64,000 bases of DNA from the NCBI GenBank assembly GCA_018819225.1, contig JAHJQN010000003.1, forward strand, positions 96,001 to 160,000. Reading direction: 5' to 3'. A program made the translations under genes and the position numbers. Positions 28,581 through 38,638 of this stretch are shown one piece after another. Each line of letters begins with the position of its first letter. Position 1 is the stretch's first letter. This stretch comes from Candidatus Micrarchaeota archaeon. GTDB lineage: Archaea > Micrarchaeota > Micrarchaeia > Norongarragalinales > SBBD01. The notes beneath the pieces were generated by a model. The model saw nothing but the letters and a program-made list of their open reading frames with translations, was not told where the DNA came from and did not search any database.

Positions 28581-29744
28581 ATGGAACCTATCCAGCGATC
28601 GCAACCGGCGCCCGCCCGAGCCACGCCTCGAGCAGAAGAAGAAGAGGAGGAGCTCGAGGAACCCGAAGAAGGCGATTACGTCAACGTATTCAAATACCAG
28701 TTCGCGAAATTCTGGCGGAACGCGCGCGACCCCATCAAAAAAAATGCGCCCAAATTCCTGTTGGCCATCGGCATCATCGCTCTAGCGTATTGGTTTTTCT
28801 TCATCAAACCCCAACCCGGCACGTTGAACATTGAAGCCGCGTATATTGACAATAATGAACGACAAGTCATCGGCGCCGCCGTATCCCTATCCTACGCGGA
28901 TGGAACGCCAGCCGTCGATGAAACGATCACGGATGAAAACGGGTTTGTGACGCTGGTGGGCGTGCCGGCCGAAGAACCGCTCGTGCTGCGCATTACGCCC
29001 AGCAGCTCAAAATACGATAGCTACCGCACCACCATTGAATTAAGCTCGCAGCAAACCCGACGCATTGAAGCACTCCTCGGAAAGAAAACAGGACTCGCGT
29101 TCATGCAAGACCATTATGACCTCTCGCTTCCCGCCGGATGCTCGCGCACCTTACCCATCGAAATTGAAAACCGCGGATCAAAAGAAGAAGTCGTGACCCT
29201 CGTGGCCGACGAGGACATGGTCGAATACGTGCGCCCCCTTTCCTCCATCGACTTTATCGCCCCCGGAGAAATCATTACCGTACCGGTGGTGGTACGAGCC
29301 GGAGATGGCGATTACGAAGGCAATATTCGATTCAAAGAAACCGCGCTAGGAACCCGATTAACCGTAAAGGAAAGCCAGGATATTCCAAAGCTCAGCGTGC
29401 GATTCGACAAGAGCAACGCAGCGGATTTCCAAACCGATTCCAGTGCGCTGCCAGCGGTCATGAAATCACAAGTGATCATATCCAATAACGGCCGTACCGG
29501 CACGCCCTACCTCACCGACATCAACATATCCGTATCCGGAGACCTCATTCCGTGGGTGGCACTCGATCTCGAGCTCGTGGACGAGGCGAACCGCAAAGGA
29601 GGCATTGCGCCTGAAAAAGACGTGTTGTTCGGGTATACCGTGATCGTACCCATCGGAACCCCGACCGGACCGTACACGGGTAGACTGCGCGTGCAAAGCG
29701 CGTGCGACGAAGTCCACATCCCCCTCAACATCGTCGTGAACTGA
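28581..29744 (+). CDS. Membrane-anchored extracellular beta-sandwich protein (carboxypeptidase-regulatory/Ig-like domains)
   Basis: Acidic N-terminus, single TM, GAAVSL...TDENG motif, then beta-rich domains. Confidence 0.6.
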   Translation: MEPIQRSQPAPARATPRAEEEEEELEEPEEGDYVNVFKYQFAKFWRNARDPIKKNAPKFLLAIGIIALAYWFFFIKPQPGTLNIEAAYIDNNERQVIGAAVSLSYADGTPAVDETITDENGFVTLVGVPAEEPLVLRITPSSSKYDSYRTTIELSSQQTRRIEALLGKKTGLAFMQDHYDLSLPAGCSRTLPIEIENRGSKEEVVTLVADEDMVEYVRPLSSIDFIAPGEIITVPVVVRAGDGDYEGNIRFKETALGTRLTVKESQDIPKLSVRFDKSNAADFQTDSSALPAVMKSQVIISNNGRTGTPYLTDINISVSGDLIPWVALDLELVDEANRKGGIAPEKDVLFGYTVIVPIGTPTGPYTGRLRVQSACDEVHIPLNIVVN

Positions 29745-29800
29745 CGCTCAAGCCGTTTTAATAATCTTCATACGCCCCTAATCCTCCAGGGGAATGGGAA

Positions 29801-32425
29801 GTGATTCGAAGTCTATTGCTCAAGAACTGGAAGAGCCACGCCTCCACCGAATTACGATTCAGCCAAGGGACGAACCTTTTTGTCGGGGTCATGGGCAGCG
29901 GAAAAACCTCGGTCATGGACGCCGTAAGCTTCGCCTTATTCGGAACGTTCCCAGCACTCAAGAGCCGGCGCGTCAAACTCGAAGACGTGATCATGCAGCG
30001 CCCAACTTCGCATACGAAAGCAGAAGTCGAACTTATTTTTAGTCACGAAGACCGGGAATACCGCGTGGTGCGCAGCATCGGAAGCCATAACGCCAGCGAA
30101 GCCCACGTGTTCTCCAACGGAAAACTGTTGGAAGCGCAACCCCAACGCGCCACCGAACTCCTGGAAACCGTATTGAAAATGGATTATGATTTGTTCGCGC
30201 GCGTCATCTACGCGGAACAGAATCGGATCGATGCGTTGCTGCAAACCGCTAAAGGCGAGCGCAAGCGTCAAATCGATGAATTGCTGGGCCTCAGCCGCTT
30301 CGAAAGCGTCCGCAGCGCCTCCGGAACGCTCACCAATCGGCTCCGCGGCCTGCAGAACGAGGAGACGCGCTATCTGGAAGGACTCGGAGGCGAACGCATT
30401 CAAGCGGAACTAATGGAAGCGAAGGAAAAGAACGCGAAATGGGAAATGGATTGGAAGAACGGAACCATCGAAGTTCAGAAACTCGGGGAAGAAGAGCATA
30501 CGCGCAGCCAATCCATCGCCGAATTGGAGGAGAAAGAAAAACGGCATCGGGAACTCGAACACGCCCGACAAGCGGCTGAAGCGCTTTGCACGCACCGGAA
30601 TAAAGAGCTCAATGAACTCACGAACGGAATGGATTCCATGACGCTTCAAACCCCACTGACCCGCGTAACGGAACGCATCCGTCGACAAAATGAGACTATC
30701 GCACAATGGAAAACGCAATCGAAACAGCGCGCGGTAATGGAAAGCGAACAACGACTCATCCGACAGGAAGCCAGCGGGTTGCCCGCTCCCCAACCCGTCG
30801 AAGCCATGCACCTGCAAATCAATGACTTGGAAAAACAATTGAAAAACGCGCAAGCGAAAGAACGTCATGAAACGGAACGACACGTCGCCGCGTCCGTAGC
30901 CGTTCATACGATTCAGCAGCGACTGCGGGAATGGAAGGAAAAAAACGAGCGACTGCAGCAAATCACCCAGGCGATAGACGAAGGAAAAAACGCGAAGGAA
31001 CAACGCTTGAAAATAGAACCCCGCGTCAACGAGGCCGTCCAATCAACGGCGGAACTGGAAGCGGAAACCCAAACGTTGCAAAAAGCGCTGGCCGCATTGC
31101 AGGCATCGGATTCCGCATGCCCCACGTGCGCCTCACCGCTTCCCAGCGATCGAAAACGCAGACTCATGGAAGAAAAAAATCAGCGCCTGAAAGATATCCA
31201 AGGGAAAAAACAAGAATCCGTTAAACGAAAACAAGCCCTCGAGAGGGATTGGAACGCGCTCCTAAAAAAAGAAGCGGACGGAACCGCGTTCGAATCCCAA
31301 CTGCACGAAGTGAAACAGGCGCCAGACGAAATGAAAAAAGATGCCGATGCCTTGAAAAAAGCGGAACACGTGCTTCGATCCGGCGAAGACGCATTGAAAG
31401 GCATTCGTCTGCAGTGCACGGAATCCGAAAAGCAAATACAAACGCAACGTCAGGCAACGGAAGCCAACGAGCGCGCTCATGCGCTCATGGATCGATTGAA
31501 CGCCCTCCTCAAAACCGAAGAAACGCTCAATAACAGTGAAGCGGCCTGGAAGACCGAATGGTCCGTGGCCTCACTGGAAGCCCTGGAACAGCAACGGGAA
31601 GTCCTACAAAAGGTGGAGCGCGCCCTGCAATTGCAACGAAAAATCCGGGAACACGAAAAGGAAAAAAGGGATGCTGAAAACGCGTTAAAGGAACTGGCTT
31701 ACGATTCCTCCTCACTCGAATCCATTCGGGAACACCATCAGAAGATGCACGCACGCCTCGCCCGACGCCAAGAATCACTTCGCAACCTGAACGAGCGCCT
31801 TGAAGAAGCGCGCGCGCAAGAAAAGAAGGTGGAGGAAAAACAACGGGAATACGAGGAAAGACTAAAACGCGTCAAACAACGCGAACATCAAACGGAAACC
31901 GTCATCAAATTCCAGCGCAGCGTGATTGAAACCCAGATGCGTTTGCGCGAAGAACTGATTACCGCGCTCAACCAGACGATGGAGGAAATCTGGGGCTCGC
32001 TATACCCGTACCGCGACTACCCCGCCATACGCCTCCGAGCAAAAGAAGACGATTACTTGTTGGAAGTGCAAACCGTCGAGCGCACGTGGCAAGGTATCGA
32101 GAACTGTTCCGGTGGAGAGCGCAGCTGTGCGGCGTTGGCGTTACGCGTCGCATTCGCCATGGTGCTCACTCCCGGCGCGTCTTGGATCATTCTGGACGAG
32201 CCCACGCATAATTTGGATGCGCAAGCCGTTCAACGATTGTCGGCCGTGCTGCGCGAGCAACTCCCCGGCATCGTCGAACAAACGTTTATTGTCACGCACG
32301 ACGAATCCCTCAAAGAAGGAGCCTCATCGAAAGCGTTCTTCTTTGAGCGCGACAAGGAAAAAGGAGGGGTAACGGTTGTTGAAGAGCTTAGCGCGTTGAA
32401 CCCCTCTCAAGAAGTCGACCGCTAA
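29801..32425 (+). CDS. rad50: Rad50/SbcC-type SMC-family ATPase
   Basis: Walker A GVMGSGKTS, long coiled coil with central CPTC zinc hook, SGGE signature, ILDEPT, VTHD. Confidence 0.88.
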   Translation: MIRSLLLKNWKSHASTELRFSQGTNLFVGVMGSGKTSVMDAVSFALFGTFPALKSRRVKLEDVIMQRPTSHTKAEVELIFSHEDREYRVVRSIGSHNASEAHVFSNGKLLEAQPQRATELLETVLKMDYDLFARVIYAEQNRIDALLQTAKGERKRQIDELLGLSRFESVRSASGTLTNRLRGLQNEETRYLEGLGGERIQAELMEAKEKNAKWEMDWKNGTIEVQKLGEEEHTRSQSIAELEEKEKRHRELEHARQAAEALCTHRNKELNELTNGMDSMTLQTPLTRVTERIRRQNETIAQWKTQSKQRAVMESEQRLIRQEASGLPAPQPVEAMHLQINDLEKQLKNAQAKERHETERHVAASVAVHTIQQRLREWKEKNERLQQITQAIDEGKNAKEQRLKIEPRVNEAVQSTAELEAETQTLQKALAALQASDSACPTCASPLPSDRKRRLMEEKNQRLKDIQGKKQESVKRKQALERDWNALLKKEADGTAFESQLHEVKQAPDEMKKDADALKKAEHVLRSGEDALKGIRLQCTESEKQIQTQRQATEANERAHALMDRLNALLKTEETLNNSEAAWKTEWSVASLEALEQQREVLQKVERALQLQRKIREHEKEKRDAENALKELAYDSSSLESIREHHQKMHARLARRQESLRNLNERLEEARAQEKKVEEKQREYEERLKRVKQREHQTETVIKFQRSVIETQMRLREELITALNQTMEEIWGSLYPYRDYPAIRLRAKEDDYLLEVQTVERTWQGIENCSGGERSCAALALRVAFAMVLTPGASWIILDEPTHNLDAQAVQRLSAVLREQLPGIVEQTFIVTHDESLKEGASSKAFFFERDKEKGGVTVVEELSALNPSQEVDR

Positions 32426-32894
32426 ACTGAAAAAAGATTTCAAAGACGAGTACGAGACCGACGAGCGAATAGTCTCCGGCAAACATCGACAACAGGAAGG
32501 CTCCCGCAACGAGTGCGAAACGGTGTTGAATGGCCAACGCACCGATCCGCGTATGAGATAAAGAAGCAGTGGATTTCAGCTCTTCTGCCAGCCATGCGAT
32601 GAACGCCAGCACCGCGAACGGAAGCAGCATGGGAATGAGTATTCCCCTATAAACGGCGATCGCAAGCGCGAATAAGAACATGAATCCGTCTTGAAGGGAA
32701 ACGCCTTGACCATGCAAGAGTCTGGCCACGAACAAGGCAATGAAAACGCTGGACGCCTGCGGGGAAAACGAGAGCAGCAGCCCCAAATAATAACCGGCTA
32801 AAGCGGCAAACGCCCACCGCCAAATACCGTGCGAAACATCGACGCCCTTCCAAAGGATGCCTGACAGCGCCGAAAAAAGATAGGCGTACGGCAT
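32388..32894 (-). CDS. Hypothetical membrane protein
   Basis: 168 aa, hydrophobic, directly downstream of DHS. Confidence 0.65.
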   Translation of the reverse strand: MPYAYLFSALSGILWKGVDVSHGIWRWAFAALAGYYLGLLLSFSPQASSVFIALFVARLLHGQGVSLQDGFMFLFALAIAVYRGILIPMLLPFAVLAFIAWLAEELKSTASLSHTRIGALAIQHRFALVAGAFLLSMFAGDYSLVGLVLVFEIFFQFSGRLLERGSTR

Positions 32895-32900
32895 GAGCGC

Positions 32901-33809
32901 TCACAACAACGCGTATAATAATGGGAATGCGAGCGTGGCCTCGGCGTGAACCACCGCCGTTTGACCCGTCGAGCGCACTTTCCCCCAGGACTTCGCTTCC
33001 CGCGTGTGCGCACCTGAAAGCGAGCCGTCACGCTCGAACGCCGTCGTCAAGTATACCGCGTAATCCAACCCCCCGCGCAACAAATTGCTCGCAATCGTGT
33101 AATGCTTGGAAATCCCGCCTCCCAGAATCCATGCGCCCGTTCGTTTGGACGCCAACAGCGTGGTCGCGAGCTCCGGCATGTCGCCCGTCGCATCCAAAGA
33201 AAACGAGGGATGATCCTGCTTGTAAAAGTAAAGCTGCAGGCCAATCGCGGAATCCACGAGGCCCGGAGAATACACGGGAATGCGATGCCGGTAACACGAA
33301 GCCAGAAACGAACGCTTGCGCTGTTGATGCAATTGTTTGCCTATCTCGAACGCGAGCGCGCTGGCAGAAACCGGATGCGTTTCATCATGCACGCGTTTGA
33401 GAACCGGCTGCAACCACTTCTCCAAGAAAACGTAATGCGCGTTCGGAATGTGGATGTTGCCCAAGCGATTCACGTCTTGTTGATGCAGTTGGGTATCATC
33501 ATCCTCGAACGAACCCAATTGATAGGAACGAAACGCGCGCAGAATATCGTGATCCAGCGCCCCCCCTGCCGCCACCACTCCATGAAAACGTTTCGCTTCC
33601 GCCATGTCGATAAACAGGCCACGCAAGCCCGTCGCCATTAAGTTCGAGGTCAATGACATGAAACGCGTGCAGTGCTGGTCAGCGAGCATTCGGCGGGAAA
33701 TCGCAGCCGCTCGAGCGAGTTCAGAAGACTGCAAACCCGTTGACGCCAATTGTTTTCCTAGCCCTTTGAGAGTCGTGTCACGCGACACACGCAAATCCGT
33801 AATGTTCAT
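32901..33809 (-). CDS. dys: Deoxyhypusine synthase
   Basis: TSNLMATGLR, NRLGNI, GGGISKH, YAVY.TT...DGSLSGA..REAKSWGK (catalytic Lys intact). Confidence 0.93.
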   Translation of the reverse strand: MNITDLRVSRDTTLKGLGKQLASTGLQSSELARAAAISRRMLADQHCTRFMSLTSNLMATGLRGLFIDMAEAKRFHGVVAAGGALDHDILRAFRSYQLGSFEDDDTQLHQQDVNRLGNIHIPNAHYVFLEKWLQPVLKRVHDETHPVSASALAFEIGKQLHQQRKRSFLASCYRHRIPVYSPGLVDSAIGLQLYFYKQDHPSFSLDATGDMPELATTLLASKRTGAWILGGGISKHYTIASNLLRGGLDYAVYLTTAFERDGSLSGAHTREAKSWGKVRSTGQTAVVHAEATLAFPLLYALL

Positions 33810-34915
33810 ACCAAGAATCCCCACGAGTGCTCGGCATTGCCGACGCCTTCACCCACGTCACGAAGCGTGAGTTCTTTCTTGCGCATTCGGAACCGGAACC
33901 GTTGAACCACGACCGCGTACTCATTGTACAAAAGCTCGGTTTTAAAGGGCAGCCATTTACGTCGCTTCCCCAGTTTCCACAACGCGCGCGCGTAACTCGC
34001 GAGCCCGATTTCCAGCGTGCCTTCCGCATTCTTGGCCGTCACCCGCCAAACCGGACCGTGCTTTCCCCGAACCGCGTTGACACGAAACGAGCGAAACCAA
34101 TGCATCGTCTGAGTCGGCCGATGAAAAAACTCGAGATGCTTCCGGACCACCACGTTCGCTTTGGATTCCAAACCAAATAAATCCTCTTTCACGAGAGAGG
34201 ATCCGAGGCGCGGCGCCATATAACTTAACGTGCTGCCGTCCCGAAAATGCACGATGCTCCACACCCACGGAATCACGGGACGCGTGACATGCACGTTCTG
34301 GAAATAAGCGGTTCCTTTCAGCAATTGCTTTTTACCATTCATCTTGAAAGAAGCGCGGCAAGGCAGGCGGCTGAGTTTCAGAATCCGGTACTCGAATTTC
34401 TTGAAAAAGCGATTATGTCGCACGTCCGGTTTTGAACCCGGGCCTACTAATGGCATCGAAAAATGCATGTTCACGCCTTCCTTTTCGAGCCAAACGTCCA
34501 TTCGTTTTCCTCGGTGTTGGAAGGTTCCTTTTTGTTTCGTAAGTGAAACCAACCGTTTCGTCGCGGGCTCGAGCAACAACGGGCCTTGATCCAACAAAAA
34601 GTTCTCCTTCATTTCCTTCCCGTCAAAAAACCAGCACGCGATCGCCCCCAATCCCAACTGGCCGCGTTCGAGTTGCAGGAACGGCTTGTCAAGATGCACG
34701 CTCATGTCATTGCATTCCATGCCCCGATCCTTCTTAGTACTCCACAACACCATGAGCTGCAACGGTTTCTCAGGGTTCTTGGGATTATCGAGAAAGAAGA
34801 GCCAAAACCACCACCACCAAACCCCTTTTCTCGCGTTGGAGTGGTCGATTTTCCAAATCGAGTCCATTTCGTTCGGATGCGTTATAGACATGCCAACATA
34901 AGCATCGAAATGCAT
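33806..34915 (-). CDS. Conserved-looking hypothetical protein, possibly CrtC/tocopherol cyclase-like beta-barrel
   Basis: WWWWFWLFF, GTAYFQ.V, PWVW..HF.DG; beta-rich; ATGA-coupled to DHS. Fold assignment is tentative. Confidence 0.55.
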   Translation of the reverse strand: MHFDAYVGMSITHPNEMDSIWKIDHSNARKGVWWWWFWLFFLDNPKNPEKPLQLMVLWSTKKDRGMECNDMSVHLDKPFLQLERGQLGLGAIACWFFDGKEMKENFLLDQGPLLLEPATKRLVSLTKQKGTFQHRGKRMDVWLEKEGVNMHFSMPLVGPGSKPDVRHNRFFKKFEYRILKLSRLPCRASFKMNGKKQLLKGTAYFQNVHVTRPVIPWVWSIVHFRDGSTLSYMAPRLGSSLVKEDLFGLESKANVVVRKHLEFFHRPTQTMHWFRSFRVNAVRGKHGPVWRVTAKNAEGTLEIGLASYARALWKLGKRRKWLPFKTELLYNEYAVVVQRFRFRMRKKELTLRDVGEGVGNAEHSWGFLV

Positions 34916-35034
34916 TTAATACTGTGGAAGCATAAGAAAAAGTGATGATGAAAGTGAACAACCACTGACGCGCAAGCGGTTGATGAGGTTGATAGCGTCT
35001 GAAAACCAATGATCAAGTTACGCGAGCCAGAGCC

Positions 35035-35391
35035 ATGAAGGATTTGGCGCCACGTATTGTCAGAGAGTGCCTATTGACAGAGGGGTTCTTCACCATTAAA
35101 GTAAATGAAAAAGTCATCGGTAATTATTTCAATGAAATTACAAAAAACCTCGGCTTGAAGACGTATGGAAAACCCATTATTTTTTCTCCAGAGGGCCTAG
35201 GCAAGAAAGAAAACCGGGGATATGACGCATTCGAACCGCTGATTGATCCAGGGATTTCTCGGTATGCGCGGTCTCATGCAAGATTCTTATCTTGCATTAT
35301 CTATTCATGCAAAAGTTTCCGGAAAGAAAAGGCTATCGCGTTCACTCGGAAGTTCGTTAAGATGGACGAAGTAGCAGCCTGCCCATTCTAA
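35035..35391 (+). CDS. S-adenosylmethionine decarboxylase proenzyme-like protein, probably degenerate
   Basis: PLIDPGIS.Y and IYSCKSF fit the short AdoMetDC-like family, but Pro occupies the expected pyruvoyl-forming Ser position. Locally AT-rich. Confidence 0.6.
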   Translation: MKDLAPRIVRECLLTEGFFTIKVNEKVIGNYFNEITKNLGLKTYGKPIIFSPEGLGKKENRGYDAFEPLIDPGISRYARSHARFLSCIIYSCKSFRKEKAIAFTRKFVKMDEVAACPF

Positions 35392-35651
35392 CGCTTTCGT
35401 TTTGAATACCATTTCTCGTAATCCTTTTGATTGCCAACGAAATAAACGACTTTCTGATTGGCTTCACACGTGAAAACAATTCGGTACTGCCCGACTTCCT
35501 CTGCGAAAAAATCAAGACCGCTTCGCATATGCCTCCGCGGAGGCTTCTCTCGCATTGCGGCTATCCGCTTGACGAGACGCTTACGAATCGAAGGGTCCAA
35601 GCGATGGAGAGCCTCCGCTGCATCCTCATGCAAGCGGACCGCATAGCTCAT
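35388..35651 (-). CDS. RelE/ParE-family toxin
   Basis: MSYAV.L...A...L.RLD..IRKR, VGQYRIVF, VYFVG; 87 aa, basic. Confidence 0.75.
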   Translation of the reverse strand: MSYAVRLHEDAAEALHRLDPSIRKRLVKRIAAMREKPPRRHMRSGLDFFAEEVGQYRIVFTCEANQKVVYFVGNQKDYEKWYSKRKR

Positions 35652-35905
35652 ATGCTGACGCCCGCCCTTTTCGCAACGTCTTCAATGGAAACAAGCTTCT
35701 TCTTGCCGCTGCGCACTTCAGCCCTCATCCCTCGAATTTTCTGGGCAACGAGCTTCCGTTCTCTCCCCCCGATCAAAGCGTACTCCCTTCCCAGCTCAAG
35801 AATTCCGGCACGAATGGCTTCCGCTTTCGTTTTGTAGTAGCCTTCTTTTACAAGCTTTTCCAGCACCGTCTCAACGGCGCCCTCCAACCTCACCACGGTT
35901 TCCAC
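35648..35905 (-). CDS. Ribbon-helix-helix antitoxin
   Basis: VVRL......LEKLVKEGYYKTKAEAIRAGI; overlaps the toxin start. Confidence 0.75.
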   Translation of the reverse strand: METVVRLEGAVETVLEKLVKEGYYKTKAEAIRAGILELGREYALIGGRERKLVAQKIRGMRAEVRSGKKKLVSIEDVAKRAGVSI

Positions 35906-36100
35906 TCAAACCACCACTAAAAAGATACCGTTTTGATATATTTAAAGCTTTTGGAGGATGGGCGATACAAAAAGAGGAAAGCAGAAAGGAGGCAACGCGG
36001 TAATCAGGGCGTGACAACAACGACAGCGTCCGAATACTATTTTGGGCGGCAAAGCGGTTCCGAAACGCTTTTGAACGCCTTAACTCTTTCTGTTTAACGG

Positions 36101-36541
36101 GTGGTCGGTTTGGAAGAATGGGGAAAAATAGTGAAGAGCGGCTTGGCCGCCGGAATCGTCATGCTCGTCATTTCGGTCGCGCTCATGCCCGTTTGGAGCA
36201 CATTAATTCCAGGTCAACAAGCCGAGTATGAGAACGAGCATATCTTTCGGCCGTGGAGCGATCCCTTGATGAGCTACGTTTTTGTGCACCCGTTCGTGCT
36301 GGGGTTGCTGATGGCTTACGCGTACACGTATTTCGGGAGAGGCTGGAAGAAAAAGAGCCTGCTCTGCAAAGGAACGTTTTACGGGTTATTGGTATGGCTG
36401 GTGGGCGGACTCCCCGGCATGCTCATGACGATCAGCTCGTTTCAATTATCGAATGCCATGGTACTCTCGTGGACCGTACAAGGCCTGATCGCCACCCTCG
36501 CGGGCGGATTCGTGATCGTCAAACTCTGGGAAAAGAAATAG
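36101..36541 (+). CDS. 4-TM membrane protein
   Basis: Four hydrophobic helices, FRPW.DP loop, G..YGL.VWL. Confidence 0.7.
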   Translation: MVGLEEWGKIVKSGLAAGIVMLVISVALMPVWSTLIPGQQAEYENEHIFRPWSDPLMSYVFVHPFVLGLLMAYAYTYFGRGWKKKSLLCKGTFYGLLVWLVGGLPGMLMTISSFQLSNAMVLSWTVQGLIATLAGGFVIVKLWEKK

Positions 36542-36542
36542 G

Positions 36543-37166
36543 TTATTTGCTCAACGTCGACCGATCAAGGAACCCAGAGAGGATATTATAGTGAGTAAGA
36601 TTTAATGACTTCGCACGAGTGAAATTACGGAGGCCGATCGCGAGCTGCTCATCACTTAATCGCGTCCCAGGTTTACCCAATTGGTCAAGAAATCGAGGAT
36701 TTCGCTCCAGCAAGGAAGGAGTAATGCGCATCCAGAACAAGAATTCGTGAATATGATCACCAACCATTCCCCGAATAACGGGGGGAACGTTTTTCCTTCG
36801 TAAGTATTGAGTAATGGCCGGCATTTCACGAGGAACTCCCGCGAATGCATAGCCGCCAATATGATGATCGTATGCGGATCCGATGGCTTGAGATAACGGT
36901 TCCAATGATTCGCCGAGGGCCCGTTGTTTCTCCGTTGGAATCGCAGGATGATCCCGGATCATTCCGAGGCCGATTCGCCCTTCCCTAATTCCCTTAACCA
37001 ACCGAGCCAGGTTAACGCCCTTTCGATTCAATTCAAGGAACTGAGGTCGCAACGCCGCAAAGTCTTTCTTATGAAGAAGCCCCCGTTCAAACAAACAACT
37101 CATGAGTCGATCCACGCGGAACTCAGGTATGCGAATAGAAAACTGTTCCCCTTCTCGGGACGTCAT
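36543..37166 (-). CDS. Hypothetical basic protein
   Basis: 207-aa ORF filling the gap; no motif recognised. Confidence 0.55.
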   Translation of the reverse strand: MTSREGEQFSIRIPEFRVDRLMSCLFERGLLHKKDFAALRPQFLELNRKGVNLARLVKGIREGRIGLGMIRDHPAIPTEKQRALGESLEPLSQAIGSAYDHHIGGYAFAGVPREMPAITQYLRRKNVPPVIRGMVGDHIHEFLFWMRITPSLLERNPRFLDQLGKPGTRLSDEQLAIGLRNFTRAKSLNLTHYNILSGFLDRSTLSK

Positions 37167-37222
37167 AAATCCCTTCGATACCCCAAGCTATTTATTGGTT
37201 GCTGAAGTACTGGCATTCGCCC

Positions 37223-37918
37223 ATGTTCTCCATCGTTATTCCGACGCATAATGAAGAAAAACGCATTCACGATACGCTGGAAAAGCTTTTGAAGTTTCTC
37301 CACCGATTCCGCAAACCCTACGAGATAATTATCGTGGACGACGGGCACGACCGAACGCTAGACATCGTTTCCGAGTTCGTGCACGTGAAACGCAACCACG
37401 TGCAATTGCTCCGGTTCAACCACCGCCAAGGGAAAGGGAAGGCGCTCGTGGAAGGCATGAAGAAAGCGAAAGGAGATGCGATTATCACGTACGACGCCGA
37501 CGGCGCCGCGCCGCCTAAAGAAATTCCCAAACTCCTCAAGGAATTGAAGCGGTCCGATGTCGTGATTGGAAGCCGGGCGCTCGAACACGCCGTGATCGTG
37601 GGCACGGTTCCGAACCGGAGGCGGATTGCCAGCAAAAGCTTTAACACGCTGATCGATTTTCTGTTTCAATTGGGCGTCAAGGACACGCAATGCGGATTCA
37701 AGGGAATCAAACGCAATAAAATCCTGCCGTTATTGAACCAATTCAAGCAGCACGGATTTGAATGGGACGTCGAGCTCCTCTTGCGAGCCAAAAAAGCCGG
37801 GCTTCGAATCAAGGAAATCCCGATCGAATGGCATCACAAAAAAGAAGGAAAAGTCGTTTATCGAGACGTGATGCGCATGCTGAAAGGCGTGGTCAAGTTG
37901 AAACGCGAAATGGGTTGA
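37223..37918 (+). CDS. GT2 dolichyl-phosphate glycosyltransferase (Alg5/AglD-like)
   Basis: SIVIPTHNEEKRI, VDDG, GKG, DADG, DTQCGFK, FEWDVELL. Confidence 0.9.
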   Translation: MFSIVIPTHNEEKRIHDTLEKLLKFLHRFRKPYEIIIVDDGHDRTLDIVSEFVHVKRNHVQLLRFNHRQGKGKALVEGMKKAKGDAIITYDADGAAPPKEIPKLLKELKRSDVVIGSRALEHAVIVGTVPNRRRIASKSFNTLIDFLFQLGVKDTQCGFKGIKRNKILPLLNQFKQHGFEWDVELLLRAKKAGLRIKEIPIEWHHKKEGKVVYRDVMRMLKGVVKLKREMG

Positions 37919-37924
37919 TGCGGA

Positions 37925-38569
37925 ATGTGGGTCGCCAAGTTCAAGGCATGGCACGACTCGCAGTGGCTGCAAAAGACGAAAAACCTCGAAGCCCGTGCAC
38001 GCGTCCATTACCTCAACATTTTCAAAGAGGGAAACAAACGGTTCATCATGAAGGTCATGCTGGTGGAAGGGAAAGACAAAGAGCAACTCATTCAATGTAC
38101 CCTTGACGAGTCGCGATGCCATTCGATTGAAGTTGCCGGGGACCAAGTGTTCTATTATTTGGAAGAAAGCGAGGGATTCTCGAACATGTTGCTGGATCAC
38201 CGAGTGTTTTTCGTGGGTCCGGTGATTATGGAAGGAGGCCAAGAACATTGGACCGTTGCGTCCCACCAGAAAAAGGATTTGACGGAACTCCATAAGAGCT
38301 TAAAACGCTTGCCGTATCGCGCGACCCTTGAATTAGTGAGTTTGAAAAAGGAGACGCCCCACTTTTTTGTTTCGACCGCCATGAGCAAACTGACGGAACT
38401 GGAACGTCGAACGATGGAAATGGCAAGAAACCACGGGTACTTCGAGCATCCCCGCCAGACGAACGCAAAGGAACTGGCGAAAATGCTGAAAGTGCCTCGA
38501 AGCACTTTAACCGAACGATTGCGTAAAGCCGAAGCCAAACTCATACCGGAAGTGCTTGACAGCCGCTAA
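37925..38569 (+). CDS. Transcription regulator with C-terminal HTH_10 (bacterio-opsin activator-type) domain
   Basis: LTELERRT..MA...GYFEHPRQ....ELAKML.V..ST..ERLRKAEAKL. Confidence 0.88.
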   Translation: MWVAKFKAWHDSQWLQKTKNLEARARVHYLNIFKEGNKRFIMKVMLVEGKDKEQLIQCTLDESRCHSIEVAGDQVFYYLEESEGFSNMLLDHRVFFVGPVIMEGGQEHWTVASHQKKDLTELHKSLKRLPYRATLELVSLKKETPHFFVSTAMSKLTELERRTMEMARNHGYFEHPRQTNAKELAKMLKVPRSTLTERLRKAEAKLIPEVLDSR

Positions 38570-38576
38570 AGTACAA

Positions 38577-38590
38577 CCGGAATATTCCGG
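38577..38590. promoter_or_regulatory. Perfect 14-bp palindrome CCGGAATATTCCGG, candidate operator
   Basis: Lies in the 69-bp gap between the HTH_10 gene and swivel-domain gene 2, upstream of an AT-rich TTAAGAT element. Confidence 0.55.
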
Positions 38591-38638
38591 CGATAGGATT
38601 AAGATCATACCGGCGCATAACGCTTCAAACAGATACGT

